Assembly: GCA_951406725.2 (NCBI GenBank)
Contig: OX597835.1
Coordinates: 36,518,001 to 36,582,000, forward strand
Length of the DNA stretch: 64,000 nt
DNA from: Octopus vulgaris
Taxonomy: Eukaryota
Direction: 5' to 3'
The translations under genes were made by a program, and so were the position numbers. Each line of letters begins with the position of its first letter. Position 1 is the first letter of the stretch. The notes beneath the pieces were generated by a model. That model was not told where the DNA came from, searched no databases, and was given only the letters and a program-made list of their open reading frames with translations. Shown here piece after piece: positions 1 through 12,396 of the stretch.

Positions 1-432
1 CCGCTAAGTTATGGGTACGCAAACACACCAACATCGGTGTCAAGCGACGGTGGCGGAACAAACACAAATATATACACAGTCACACACACACACAGACACA
101 CACACACACACACACATACGACAGACCTCGTTCAGTTTCTGTGTACCATATTCACTGACAAGGCTTTGGTCGGCTCGAGGCTATAGTAGAAGACACTTGC
201 TCAAGGTACCACACAGTGGAACTGAACCCAGGACCGTGTGATTGCGAAGCAACCTCCTTAATACACAGCCACGCCTCTGGTGGACTTCCTTCAGTTTCCA
301 TCAACCAAATCCACCCAGAAGGTGTTGCTTGACACGGGGCTATATTAGAAGACACATTCCCAAGGTCCTTTGCAGTGGAACTGAACTTGGAAATATGTAG
401 TAGGCAAGCAAACGCCTTACCATGCAACCACG

Positions 433-499
<67 letters not shown>

Positions 500-513
500 T
501 ATATATATATATA

Positions 514-910
514 TCTTTATATATATAAAACTGAGAATGTGTGTCTGTCTGTGTGTTTCCCTAAAACTTGAGAACTACACAACCAATTTCATTCAAATTT
601 TACTCATGCCTTACTTAGGGTCCGGGGAGTGTCATCGGCAAAAAGAATTTTGAACTTTTTGCCTAGGGCTTGCCCATAGTAATATCATATCTTCTCCACT
701 ATTTCAGTATTACGTGTTAAAAGGGAAACAAAAATATTTCTCTATTTTATGTCAGATACTTTCATTTTAACAATAAAAATAATAATAACAATTGAATTAT
801 ATGTAGTAAGTAATAATTAAAATCAAACTAAAGTATAATATAATAATTAAATCGTAACATAACAATTAAAAGTAAAAATAGCAATTGGTATAAAATTGCA
901 TCAAGGAACT
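514..910 (+). mobile_element. Helitron-like non-autonomous element, 5' part
   Basis: Starts A|TCTTTATATATATAAAA followed by gtgtgtctgtctgtg, typical of Helitron 5' ends; no 3' CTRR/hairpin seen before the adjacent LINE. Confidence 0.45.
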
Positions 911-920
911 TGAATAAGTG

Positions 921-2150
921 GTTTCCGTCGTTCCTTGCCCTGATTCGTGGTTGATCAAGTTGGAAAGACAGCTCTTCTACTTCTTGTGGAAGGGCGGGAA
1001 ACCACTTGTGAAACGCTCTACTTGCTGTCAACAACCGTTAAAGGGTGGGCTAGGGATGCCTTGACTGATGAAGCGCAGACATGCGCTGAGGTTAAGACAT
1101 CTGTGGCTCTACATAGATGGTGAACGGGTGTGGTCTCCGCTAGCAAAACTGATGTTTCCCAAGTTCACTAGTTTCGGTGGATGGGAAACCTGGCTGAATC
1201 GTAGATCGAAACTAGGCACATGGTACACGGAGTGTCGCAAGGCTCTCCTGCTATTCCGTCGCTCGAGCAACGCCTGCGGTGGGGGTTCCACCACATTCTT
1301 CTATAGAGGGTTGGTAGAGGCGGAATGTGAAGATACCTTGGGGGAAACCCTAGGTCTCGACGATAATAAGCTGGCCAGTCTGTTCCGACGTACGTTCGAG
1401 CCGAAGACACTGGACAACTTCCAGAAGTCTCTGGCATGGCAATGCTACAGAGGAGCTCTACCTGTTCGGGATAAACTCGCAAGGCACGGTGGCCAAGACA
1501 GTCCGACATGTCCAAGATGCGAGCGGGATAGGGAAACCGTCCCGCACGCTATTGTTCATTGTTCGGGCGTGTCTGAGGTGTGGGTTTATGCCGAACAGCT
1601 GTTGTCAAGCACACGAAGAGTACAGCTGTTGACTGAGTCTATTACAAAAATTGACCCACCAGATTTCCTCGCGAAAGAAGGTAAGAATTGTTTTCTCGTT
1701 GTAGTAGCAATTGCGAAAGAGGTGATATGGAAGACGAGAATGAAAGGTTTACAGTCAGGCAAGTTCATCTCCGGCCCTGGTTTGATGAATTATTTCATCT
1801 TTCACCTGAAAAGGAAGATAGGGCTGGAGAGAATATGCCTGACTAAGAGAGTGTATGAAGAACGATGGAAAGATGTAGCACGAAAGTTGCGAGTGGATGA
1901 TACCACATAAATGTAAAACTAAACGAAACCAAAGTATCAGTGGGGAGGCGGGGCTCGTGGGGTCCGAGCTAAACCCGCTCCCACTCCATCCGTAATGTCT
2001 TCCGGTCTGTTCTCCATTCGATTTTTTTCTATTTTGTAATTTTTTGTAAATTTTTAAAATTCGCTTTTTTGTAAAACCCATTCGTGTATCTGACCCCACA
2101 TCAGATTCTATTGTCCCCTCTACGTTCGCCCCTTGTGGGTAATAATAAAA
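921..2150 (+). mobile_element. 5'-truncated L1/Tx1-clade LINE (ORF2 C-terminus with zf-RVT, plus 3' UTR)
   Basis: FYFLWKG...P.KGGLGMP motif (frameshift and stop) upstream of ORF 1068-1910, which has W..YRGALP and CPRC...ETVPH...C zinc-finger motifs; ends in aataataaaa. Confidence 0.85.
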
Positions 2151-2491
2151 CACATGGAGGAAAGCACCCTCGAAAAGTGTCTTACTGTGACTATGAAAAG
2201 TATCTAATCAGAGGCGGTAAATTCGCCACAATAGAAGCAAGGTTCGAGTCAACGGAGCGTGCAAGGCGACGAGCATTAATGCGTCTGCCGCTACGCTCTG
2301 AGTTCAAATTCTGCCGAAGTCAACTTTGCCTTTCATCCTTTCAAGGTCGATAAAATAAGTACCAATTATGCACTGGAGTCAATGTAAGTGACTGGCCCCC
2401 TCCCCAAATATTCCAGGCCTTGTGCCTTTAGTAGAAAGAATCATCATCATCATCATCATCATCGTTATTATTATTATTATTATTATTATTA

Positions 2492-3022
2492 TTGAGTGAG
2501 AGATCAGTGCATGCGATCAAAGTAACGCTGGGGTAAAATATACGAAGCCCAGTATACCCATCATGACTACCGTCTGATAAGGGTACACCAGGCACATGCA
2601 TCACAACCATATGTGCACGACGTGGTGATCTCATATCAAGATAAACAGCACATGGCCTTGCAGGTGGGACCCAGTCAGAATTTTCTTCTGGTCGAGTAAC
2701 CCATCCGCTCAAAAGGTCCCTGAATAAGGGTTGTTTAAGGATGTTGAACGAAACACCCATGTTTCCAGACGTGAATTATTCAAACCCCAAAGAATCCCTC
2801 TCAACACATGGCTAAGGTGCTCCCCCACTACTTCTGCTCGTGATCAGAGATGCACATATCGTCAGCCACTAAGGGACATGCTCAACTGGTTAAGGTCAAA
2901 CAACTGACAAGCAAATCTGTAGCCCATCTTTTATAACAAGACAAAACTATGTACATGATAACACTTCCAATCAGTTAAGATCAGCAGCTACGAGAACCAC
3001 TGCCTGGTACTGCATCAGGGCA
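2492..3022. mobile_element. About 530-bp interspersed repeat flanked by (TTA)n; second copy at 51114-51890
   Basis: Two near-identical copies in the window, both bounded by TTA microsatellites. Confidence 0.75.
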
Positions 3023-3038
3023 TTTATTATTATTATTA

Positions 3039-3072
<34 letters not shown>

Positions 3073-3222
3073 CATTATTATTATTATTAAGACGGCGAGC
3101 TGGCGCGTAACCGTATTTAGTCTGCCGTTACGTTCTGAGTTCAAATTCCGCCGAGGTCGACTTTGCCTTTCATCCTTTCGGGGTCGATTAAATAAGTACC
3201 AGTTACGCACTGGGATCGATAT

Positions 3223-3880
3223 AACGGAAGAGGAGGAAGTACCAAAAGAATGGGAAGACGGCAGAAGAAGGAGGAAAAGGAGAAGGAGGAAAAGTGAATC
3301 GTGCTGAACCCCAATCCACCCAAACACCACCCGCACCCTCTGAGACCCACCCTTCCCCTGCAGACAGTGAACCCACCCGCTCCCCACCAACAAGAAAACA
3401 AAAAAAAGAAGCAAACACACAAGATAACTCTAAAAATCCTAGGCCCAATATTCTTGGTGTTTGGGACCATGAATAAGTACGGGAAATAATAAAAGACTGG
3501 GGGAAAGTAAAACGGAATGACTGTGAGAACAGGGTGGGAGTAATTTAATGCGGTAATTCCGGAAGACCTTGTAAAGGAACTTGGGGAAGAATGTGCAAGG
3601 AGAAGCTATAAACTGGTTAGATATAAAATTGAAGAGGGAAGACTGTCTGAAATGGAAAGGAAATTTAATTCTAAACTGGAGGACTATATGCATTTCATTC
3701 CGGTTTAAGGAGGAAGGACAGGAAGTGATGCTAGCGGATGGGGCCGTTTGCATCACTTTCATCTCTCATTTTCACCCTTTCTCGCATACGATAATTAAAA
3801 AAAATTTTTTTTTTGATGTTTTGTGTCCCCAATATGTTGTAGTGTCCCCTCTATGTAAGACCTTTTATGGTTAATAAAAC
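3223..3880 (+). mobile_element. LINE-like 3' end inserted into a Nin-domain SINE
   Basis: The SINE reads ...gatcgatataa| insert |atcgacttaatccg...; the insert ends gtgtcccctctatg...taataaaa like the L1/Tx1 3' end at 2110-2150. Confidence 0.6.
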
Positions 3881-4052
3881 ATCATCGACTTAATCCGTTT
3901 GTCTGTCCTTGTTTGTCCTCTCTCTCTCTCTGTTTAGCCCCTTATGGGCAATAAAGAAATATTACGGGGGGGATTATCAAGAAGAGTTCTGTACCTTGAA
4001 ACGAAGTTGTCTGTCCTTGCATCAAGAATTACTTCCCCTTCGGTATTCTAAG

Positions 4053-4194
4053 ATGGCTGACAGTTCGTCGGACGAGGGAAACGCAACGGCAGGAATGACT
4101 CGATACGACGAATTACCTGAATGGAGCGACATTTCACCAGTACCTCAGGACGATGGACCATACCCGGTTGTAAGGATCGCATATACAGATCAGT
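4053..4194 (+). CDS. FNTA: FNTA exon 1 of 8 (protein farnesyltransferase/GGTase-I alpha subunit; spliced CDS 996 nt, 331 aa)
   Basis: ATG at 4053; MADSSSDEG...EWSDISPVPQDDGPYPVVRIAYTDQ matches the conserved FNTA motif W.DI.P.PQ.DGP.PVV.I.Y; GTAAGT donor at 4195 (phase 1). Confidence 0.93.
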
Positions 4195-4361
4195 GTAAGT
4201 TGGCTTGACACCAATCAATGTCTTTCCGCCCTCTTCTCTTCGTTTGTCTGTTGAATGCGACTTAAACTTGTTTCGTTCGTAAATTGGAAACTTTTTTGTC
4301 TTTTCCGTTTTTCTTTGCTTCCCCCCCCCTTCCATACAAATCAGATTACAAAAGTAAATAC

Positions 4362-4619
4362 GGTACTACTATAGCGAACAGTGGTCCCGGTTGTTCGCAC
4401 ACGCCTAGTCGCGCATCCGCGCTAGCTAGTCGTGACTAGTCGATCTTACAACGACTACCTAGCAAAGTGAATAAAACACAAAATAAATTATTTTTTTTTA
4501 CACAAAGTAAATAATTTTTGTTAAACAAAGTAAATAAAACACAAAAACACAAAGGATCGACTAGTCATGACTAGCTGGCGCGTGTGCGCGCACCAGGACT
4601 ACTGTTCGCTAGTAGTACC
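4362..4619. mobile_element. MITE family M1 (GGTAC...GTACC termini, 9-bp TSD; Merlin- or MULE-like)
   Basis: Long imperfect TIRs; perfect AGTAAATAC duplication at 4353-4361 and 4620-4628. Confidence 0.85.
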
Positions 4620-6349
4620 AGTAAATACTACACACACACATACGTATACTCGCCGATTACATTTTCCTGTTATACATACGTTTACATTGTAGATTATATG
4701 GTAATCTTTCGCTTTAGGTATAAGAAAAAAGTTGCCGCATAAAAACAAGCATCCTCTAAAACTTTGGAGTAGTAATAACCAATGGTCACTCCCTGACCGA
4801 TCGTAAACAACAACTTTTCTGTTAATAAATAATTTATATATATATATATGTATGTATATAAACACATACATTCACACATTCACGCACACGCGTGCGCAGA
4901 TTATAGAAGATATATATTTCTTTACTACCCACAAGGGGCTAAACACAGAGGGGACAAACAAGGACAGACAAAGGGATTAAGTACTTAATTTATCGACCCC
5001 GGAACCTAGCTAACATATTTCCGGCCAACGATTTTTTGGCGCCGCTTAAAAGAGTTAGACCCACAACGGAATACTGCTCCGGCTTCTGGGATGGGTGTTG
5101 TTGCAGTTAGTTCTACATAGAAACATTCTTGTCTTTTAGTCTTCTTGTTTTACATATGTCAGGCAGAGAAAGAGAGAGAGTGAGTATATGCTTGTGTGTG
5201 TGTGTGTGTGTTCTTGCTATTGTGTTGTAGACATTGATGGAAGTGCTATTTGATTTGGTTTACAAGGTCGCGTTGTACCCACGTGGTCCTTGGTAACGGT
5301 CTTTTTCCTCTGCCTGATTGTGCAGTTACATGATTTATACTTCTACAGAATCCTTGGATTGACCAATTCCTTTTGAATGGAATTTGGTAGACAGGAACTG
5401 AACAGAGTTCCACCCTGTGTGTGTGTGTTTAGATTTTTCTCTATAATGAAGATACAGTGTTCCGCAAGATAAGTCGACTCAAATGAATCTGTGGTTGGCC
5501 CGTTGGAATTCTGTAACAGGTGTGTTTCTGCACTGAATAGGGGTGGGTAAGGATACTGTTGTAAGGATGTTGTAGTAGTGTTCTGAGGTATTATCATTTG
5601 TTTTGCCCACTTATGCATTCCTTTCCTTCTTGGGACACAAAACTCCACTTGTGAAGACCTGTTGAGGCAAGTGAAAATCGTAATCGATCAACATCAATGG
5701 AATTTGTAGCTGTGATACCAGTGCCGGTGGCACGTAAGAGAACCATCCGAACGTGGCCGTAGCCAGCCCCACCCTGACTGGCCTCCATGCCGGTGGCACG
5801 TAAAAAGCACCATCTGATCGTGGCTGTTTGCCAGCTTCGTCTGGCACGTAAAAAGTACCCACTACACTCACGGAGTGGTTGGCGTTAGGAAGGGCATCCA
5901 GCTGTAGAAACACTGCCAGATCAGACTGGGCCTGGTGCAGCCTCCTGGCTTCCCAGACCCCTCTTGAACCGTCCAACCCATGCTAGCATGGAAAGCGGAC
6001 GTTAAACGATGATGATTGGACTGCAGTCTGGAATTTTCATCAAAGGGGTCTACATCAATCTGACCAATCCCAGGGAAACCAGCAGCCAGTCTCTTAATAT
6101 ACTTACTGTGTGTTTGTTTATCTTTATGTTTGTCCCCTCACACACAACTTGTTCATTTACATTCCTGTAACTTAGCGGTTTGGCAAAAGAGACTGATAGA
6201 ATAAAGACCGGACTTTAATAAATCATTAAATTTATTCAACCTAAACCTTTCAATACGGTGTTCCAGCATGGCCACAGTCCAATGACTGAAACAAGTAAAA
6301 GAAAAATAAAACCAACATGCACACACACACACACACATTTAAGTATTAA

Positions 6350-6559
6350 CCCTTTCATTACTGTATTTATTTTGAGATGCACCGTATTTCTTTCAATTAC
6401 TTTAAATATAACAAAGAATTTAGTACAATAACTCAGTTATCATGAAGCTAGTGATAGGAACATAAATTGCGACTAAGGTTTGGTTGAAGATTTTAATTCA
6501 AAACAAGACATTTGTAATCAGTGCCAGAGCCGGTTTCAGCCAGGTTGGTAACGTAAGGG
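6350..6559. mobile_element. piggyBac-like MITE (TTAA|CCC...GGG|TTAA)
   Basis: TTAA TSD, short CCCTTT/AAGGG TIRs; homologous copies at 10832 and 51357. Confidence 0.8.
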
Positions 6560-7214
6560 TTAAACTATTCTTCAGTTACCCACTTCTAAATAGATTTGGT
6601 ACAGTAATGAATATTTTCTTTTTTTTTAATCAAATGGAATAAATGGCGGTGCTCCGGCATGGCCACAGCTCTTGAACTGAAACTAGATAAAATGAAAATG
6701 AATGAAATAACTAGAAAAGAAAAAAAAAACACGTAAATGACATTTGCAGATCATAACCTGCACCATCAGTGCACCAGCCTAGGATTAAACTTTGCCTCCA
6801 CATACTCATACATACATTTATAAGTTATGGTATATTCTGTTTAGAATCTAGTAGAGAACAGTACACAGCTCATCTACCCAGCTCATCTACCTTCAGATTT
6901 CACCCTGTGCTATCCAGTAGTAATATTGTATGTACTTCCAGGATTCATTTGGGCTTCTGTTATCTGTGAATAGATTATTGGGATCTTTTCGGTTTGAACG
7001 GCAGTTTTTTCTAGCGGTGTCATATGAAATTGTCCCCCATAATTATGACCCTAGTATCGATTTATTGCATTTCAATCTATTTTAGGGTTAGGGGTGGGGG
7101 GAAGGGTATCTTTTTTTCTTCAGAAATGTAAATAAATAGGCACAGGAGTGGTTGTGTGGTAAGTAGCTTGCATACCAACCACATGGTTCTGGGTTCAGTC
7201 CCACTGAACATATA

Positions 7215-8843
7215 CAGTTGCAGCCAAAATGTTCAGAACGGCATTGTTTTCGTCAGAAAAGTAGATATAATTTTTTATCAAAGTTGTTTTATATTCTATA
7301 ATTTTCACAGACAATAAATACGATATTATTTGTTATTGCCTGAGATTTTGGTGTAATTTGAGAGGATAATACAAAAGTTATGGATGATTTAGTGATTTAC
7401 TGCAAAACCCATGGCGGCCAAAATGATCAGAACGGTTGCTTTTACTCCGTGTTTTAGTATATTTAACCGGCGAACTCTAATGTTTTGAATTTGTTTACGT
7501 GACAATTCGTTTACTAAACATTAGTAAGAATATCTGCAGTGTACTTTGTTAATATAATGCCACTTACTCCATTACCAATTCGTTAGCAGATTATTAAGCT
7601 TCGAAGGAAGGATAATTTAAGTATTGGATCTATTGCAAAGATTGTTAACAAGTCAAAAAGTGTTGTACATGGTATTCTTAAGGTCTAAGATGATTGTGGT
7701 TCATGTGAAGCAAGAAAGTTTACAGGTAGGCCAAGAAAAACGACCAAGAGAGAAGATCGTGCTATGGTAAAGTTGGTTAAAAAGGACAGATTTAAAACTG
7801 CTGCTGCTGTTTCTCGGAAATTGAGCATTGTATTGAAGAAAACTTTATCTCGAAAAACTGTGTCTTGTCGTTTGGTTGAACATGACCTACAAGCAAGAGC
7901 ACCTGCAGTGAAGCCACTGATCAGCTCCAAGAATAAAAAGTGTCGTCTTACCTTTGCAACCGAACATGTGTTGTGGTCTCAAGAAAAATGGCAAACGGTG
8001 CATTTCAGTGATGAATCTAAGTTTATGCTATTTGGCTCAGATGGGAAAAGGTACATTCGTCAAAAACTAGGTGAAAAATTGTCGCCTAAATGCCTTAAGA
8101 CTAGTGTTAAATTCAGTGGAGGAAGTGTCATGGTTTGGGGGATGATATCTGGAGATGGTGTGGACCCTTTGGTGCGATTACATGAATAGGTAAATGCAGG
8201 AGTTTATAAACAACTTGTAAAAGATCATGTCTTGCCTGTGCTGAGAAATTCAACTAAGCGACCACCCATATTCATGCAGGACAATGCCCCATGTCACAAG
8301 GCTAAGGTGGTCATGAACTTCCTCAAGGCTGAAAAAGTTATTATTATGGATTGGCCTGCTCAAAGCCCAGATCTCAATCCTATTGAAAATGTGTGGAATA
8401 TTCTAGGAGAACGTTCTAAAGCCAGAAATCCTAAAACAACTGAGCAATTATGGAATGCCCTTCAGGAAGAATGGAATAAGATCACCCAGCAAGAAATTGA
8501 AAAGTTAATTTCCTCATGCAGTCGAAGATGTCAGTGTGTGATTGAAGCTAAAGGGCTTCACACTAAATATTAAATAATTCCAGTATTCTCTGTCATTTTT
8601 TATTATTTTGTTATTTTTTCAACCGTTCTGATCATTTTGTCCACCATGGGTTTTGCATTAAATCACTAAATCATCCATAACTTTTGTATTATCCTCTCCA
8701 ATTACACCAAAATCTCAGGCAATAACAATTTATATTGTATTTATTGTCTGTGAAAATTATAGAATATAAAACAACTTTGATAAAAACTTATACCTACTTT
8801 TCTGACGAAAACAATGCCGTTCTGAACATTTTGGCCGCAACTG
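7215..8843 (+). mobile_element. Full-length Tc1-family DNA transposon, IR/DR type
   Basis: TA TSD, CAGTTG...CAACTG ends, about 220-bp TIRs each with two gccaaaatg(t/a)tcagaacgg direct repeats. Confidence 0.95.
7557..8573 (+). pseudogene. Tc1 transposase pseudogene (DD34E), three in-frame stops and no frameshift
   Basis: GRPRKT, HFSDESKF, VMVWG, FMQDNAPCH, WPAQSPDLNPIENVW; stops TAG, TAA, TAG in a single frame. Confidence 0.93.
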
Positions 8844-9801
8844 TATATGTATGTGTGTCTGTGTTTGTCCCCCTAGCATTGCTTAACAACCGATGCTGGT
8901 GTGTTTACGTCCCCGTCACTTAGCGGTTCGGCAAAAGAGACCGATAGAATAAGTACTGGGCTTACAAAGAATAAGTCCCGGGGTCAATTTGCTCAACTAA
9001 AGGCGGTGCTCCAGCATGGCCGCAGTCAAATAACTGAAACAAGTAAAAGAGTAAACCCAATCTGTTTCTTAAACGAGGGACATATTCATATAGCACAGAA
9101 TCTTGTTTACCTCAATGGATGTCAGTGATTGGTTGAAATTGCAGAATATGAAGAAAAAAAACAACAAATATCTTACAAACTATAGAATTTTCTCAATAAA
9201 GCCAAGAGAAAAAGATGTTTTATAAACACATTCTACCACTCTTCCAGTACTGTTCTGACCTTGTCTACAGAATTCATATTTTTTTCCATTCAAATTATTT
9301 TGAAAACTGCAGAATAAAGGATAATCAGATGGGGCAATGTCTGGCAAATGTGATCAGTTGGTGCTTCTTACATGCCACTGGCACAGAAGCCAGTCAAGGC
9401 GGCGCTGGCATCAGCCACGTTCAGATGGTGCTTTTTACGTGCTACCGGCACAGGTATCACAACTACAATTTCCATTTGATATTTATTTTCATGTTGATGT
9501 GCTTGACTCAATAGGTCTCCTCAAGCACAGAAGCCAGTCGAGGCGGCGCTGGCATCGGCCGCGTTCAGATGGTGCTTTCTACATGCTGCCAGCACAGGTA
9601 TCATAACTATTTCCATTTGATATTTATTTATTTATTTATATTATTAATATAGTTATCCTACATTATATTAGCACACCTCAGTGCAAGCAGCCACCACGAC
9701 CACCACCTGTTATTGCCAGTTGGTATAAATAATTTGAGCCGGCATAATAAAATAGCTTTTATATGCATATTAAAAATGTTTCCTGTAAACAAACTTAAAG
9801 G

Positions 9802-9834
<33 letters not shown>

Positions 9835-10023
9835 GTATTGATCCTCCTGAGTCTATGTTCATGCTAAAAGACCCCGCCAAGCTGCCTTGTAATGAGATTG
9901 AACTCAGAATCACATTGTTGCAAAACAGACTTCTTTTAACCATACAACCATACCCCACACCCCTCTCTGAGCCCCTTCTTACCACATTATCTGACATCAA
10001 AGTCCTTTTGTCTCATTTTCCAG

Positions 10024-10138
10024 TCCAACTCGTGTTCGACTATTTTCGAGCCATTGTAGCCAAAGATGAAAGAAGTGAAAGAGCGCTGAAACTGACCAAG
10101 GATGCGATCGAGATGAACGCTGCCAATTACACTGTTTG
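10024..10138 (+). CDS. FNTA: FNTA exon 2
   Basis: ttttccag acceptor; (F)[37 protein letters not shown](W); GTGAG donor; phase compatible. Confidence 0.96.
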
Positions 10139-10196
10139 GTGAGTTAACAGTTTTATGTAATCAAACATGCAGTCCTTTTTCTTTTCTATTTATTTA

Positions 10197-10622
10197 TGGC
10201 GCAGGAGTGGCTGTGTGGTAAGTAGCTTGCTTACCAACCACATGGTTCTGGGTTCAGTCCCACTGCGTGGCACCTTGGGCAAGTGCCTTCTATTATAGCC
10301 TCGGGCCGACCAAAGCCTTGTGAGTGGATTTGGTAGACGGAAACTGAAAGAAGCCCGTCGTATATATGTATATATATATATATATGTGTGTGTGCGTGTA
10401 TGTTTGTGTGTCTGTGTTTGTCCCCCTAGCATTGCTTGACAACTGGTGCTGGTGTGTTTATGTCCCCGTCACTTAGCGGTTCGGCAAAAAGAGACCGATA
10501 GAATAAGTACTGGGCTTACAAAGAATAAGTCCTGGGGTCGAGTTGCTCAATTAAAAGGCGGTGCTCCAGCATGGCCGCAGTCAAATGACTGAAACAAGTA
10601 AAAGAGAGAGTAAAGAGTAAGA
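10197..10622 (+). mobile_element. tRNA-derived SINE family A, representative copy (others on +: 22122, 23552, 28193, 32761, 44887, 48474; on -: 1-275, 15421, 17390, 33924, 57775)
   Basis: A/B-box-like head (tggctgtgtggtaag / gggttcagtccc), CORE-like accttgggcaagt, internal (TA)n(TG)n, aagtaaaagag tail; more than 12 copies. Confidence 0.88.
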
Positions 10623-10831
10623 GTATTGATATGTAACCCCTTGATCAGCCCTGATCAAGTTGATCTGTGACCAGGAGCATTCCAGTTATGGCCACCTAAA
10701 ATTTTTGAGCATGTGTAGGCAGAGTCATGGCTGTGAGGTCCCTCCCATTGCATGACACTTCACACAAGTGTCTTCCACTATGGCCCTGATTTGACCGTGC
10801 CTGTATCATCATCATCATCATCGTCATTTAA

Positions 10832-11051
10832 CCCTTTCGTTACTGTATTTATTTTGAGATGCTCTGTGTTTCTTTCAATTATTTTAGATATAACAAAGAA
10901 TTTATCAAAATAACTTAGTTATCATTCAGCTAGTGTTAGGAACATAAATTGTGACTAAGTTTTGTTGGAAGATTTTAATTCAAAACTTATGAAAACAAGA
11001 CATTTGTACTCAGAGCCAGAGCCAGTTTCAGCCGGGTTGGTAACAAAAGGG
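10832..11051. mobile_element. piggyBac-like MITE copy
   Basis: TTAA TSD and CCCTTTCGTTAC/GTAACAAAAGGG ends. Confidence 0.82.
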
Positions 11052-12176
11052 TTAAGATACACTTTCCATGCTGGCATAGTTTGGATGTCTTTACAGGAAC
11101 TGGTAAGGCTTGGAGCCACATCATGCTCCTTTGGTTTTGCCATGGTTTTTACTGCTGGATGCCCTTCTTAATGCCAACCACTTTATAGATCATACTGAGT
11201 GCTTTTTACATGGCACCAGCATAACCCATCATGTGTGTGTTTGTTCCCCACCTCTGCTTGACAGCTGGGGGTTGCTTTGTTTATGTCCCAATAAGTTAGC
11301 AGATCAGTTGAAGAGGTCAGTAGAATAAGCATCAGAATTAAAAACACATACTTCCGTGTCAGTGACACGTAAAAACTACCAACTGATCGTGACCATTGCC
11401 AGCCTCCCCTGGCACCTGTGCCAGTGGCACGTAAAAGGTACCATCCGTACGTGGTCGATGCCAGCGCCACCTTGACTGGCTTCCGTGCTGGTGGCACGTA
11501 AAAACCACCAGCCAATCGTGGCCGTTGCCAGCCTCCCCTGGCATCTGTGTCGGTGGCATGTAAAAAGCACCCACTACACTCAGAGTGGTTGGCATTAAGA
11601 AGGGCATCCAGCCGTAGAAACATAGCCAGATCAGACTGGACCCTGGTGCAGCTTCCTGGCTTCCTGGACCCCGGTTCAACCATCCAACCCTTGCTAGCAT
11701 GGAAAATGGACGTTAAACGATGATGATGAGGAGGAGGAAGAGGAGGATGATACTGAGGTGGATTTATTTGATTAAGATTTTCAAGGCAGTGCTCCAGCAT
11801 GGCCACAGTCCAATGACTGAAACTAGTAAAACATAAGAGGTGTGTGTGTGTGTGTTTCTTAACAACATGTGATGTAAAAGAGCATCCCTGTCATACAAGC
11901 AGTGTTGTTTGTTTCCAGTCTTCCATGAAAGAGATCTCTGGACATAGGAAAATATTACCTTGCTTGGACACCAGTGAGGGTTGGTGACATTCTGAGTTCA
12001 AATTCAACTGAGGTCAGGTTTGTCTTTTATCCTTTCGAGGTTAATAAGTGAAGTACTGACTGCATACTGGAGTTGACCTAATCAACTGGCCCTCACCTCC
12101 CCCAAAATTCCAGGCCTTGTGCCTATAGTAGAAAGGATTTTTTTTTTTTTTATTTTATTGTTTTTTTATTCACCAG

Positions 12177-12281
12177 GCATTATCGTAGGCTTCTACTGAA
12201 AGACTTGGACTGTGATTTGAAAACTGAACTAGAATATGTGTCTGAGATAATTGGGGAACATCCCAAAAATTATCAAGTATG
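12177..12281 (+). CDS. FNTA: FNTA exon 3
   Basis: polypyrimidine tract + caccag; [34 protein letters not shown](W), a PPTA repeat; GTGAGT donor. Not in the ORF track; translated by hand. Confidence 0.95.
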
Positions 12282-12349
12282 GTGAGTTGCTTTTTAAAAA
12301 TATCTTTTATTTTACATAATTTTATTTGCATATATATGTGTATGTATAC

Positions 12350-12396
<47 letters not shown>

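Noticed and set aside
1068-1910. Host gene or domesticated 280-aa zinc-finger protein
   Set aside because: It is the C-terminus of a 5'-truncated LINE ORF2, with an upstream stop and frameshift and a LINE-type 3' tail.
3909-4052. N-terminal extension of FNTA suggested by the ORF track
   Set aside because: It starts at a non-ATG codon inside a SINE tail; the ATG at 4053 has good context and precedes the homologous region.
7557-8573. Rescue of the Tc1 stop codons by A-to-I editing to Trp
   Set aside because: It would need four edits giving Trp at positions where it is not expected; simple mutational decay is more parsimonious.
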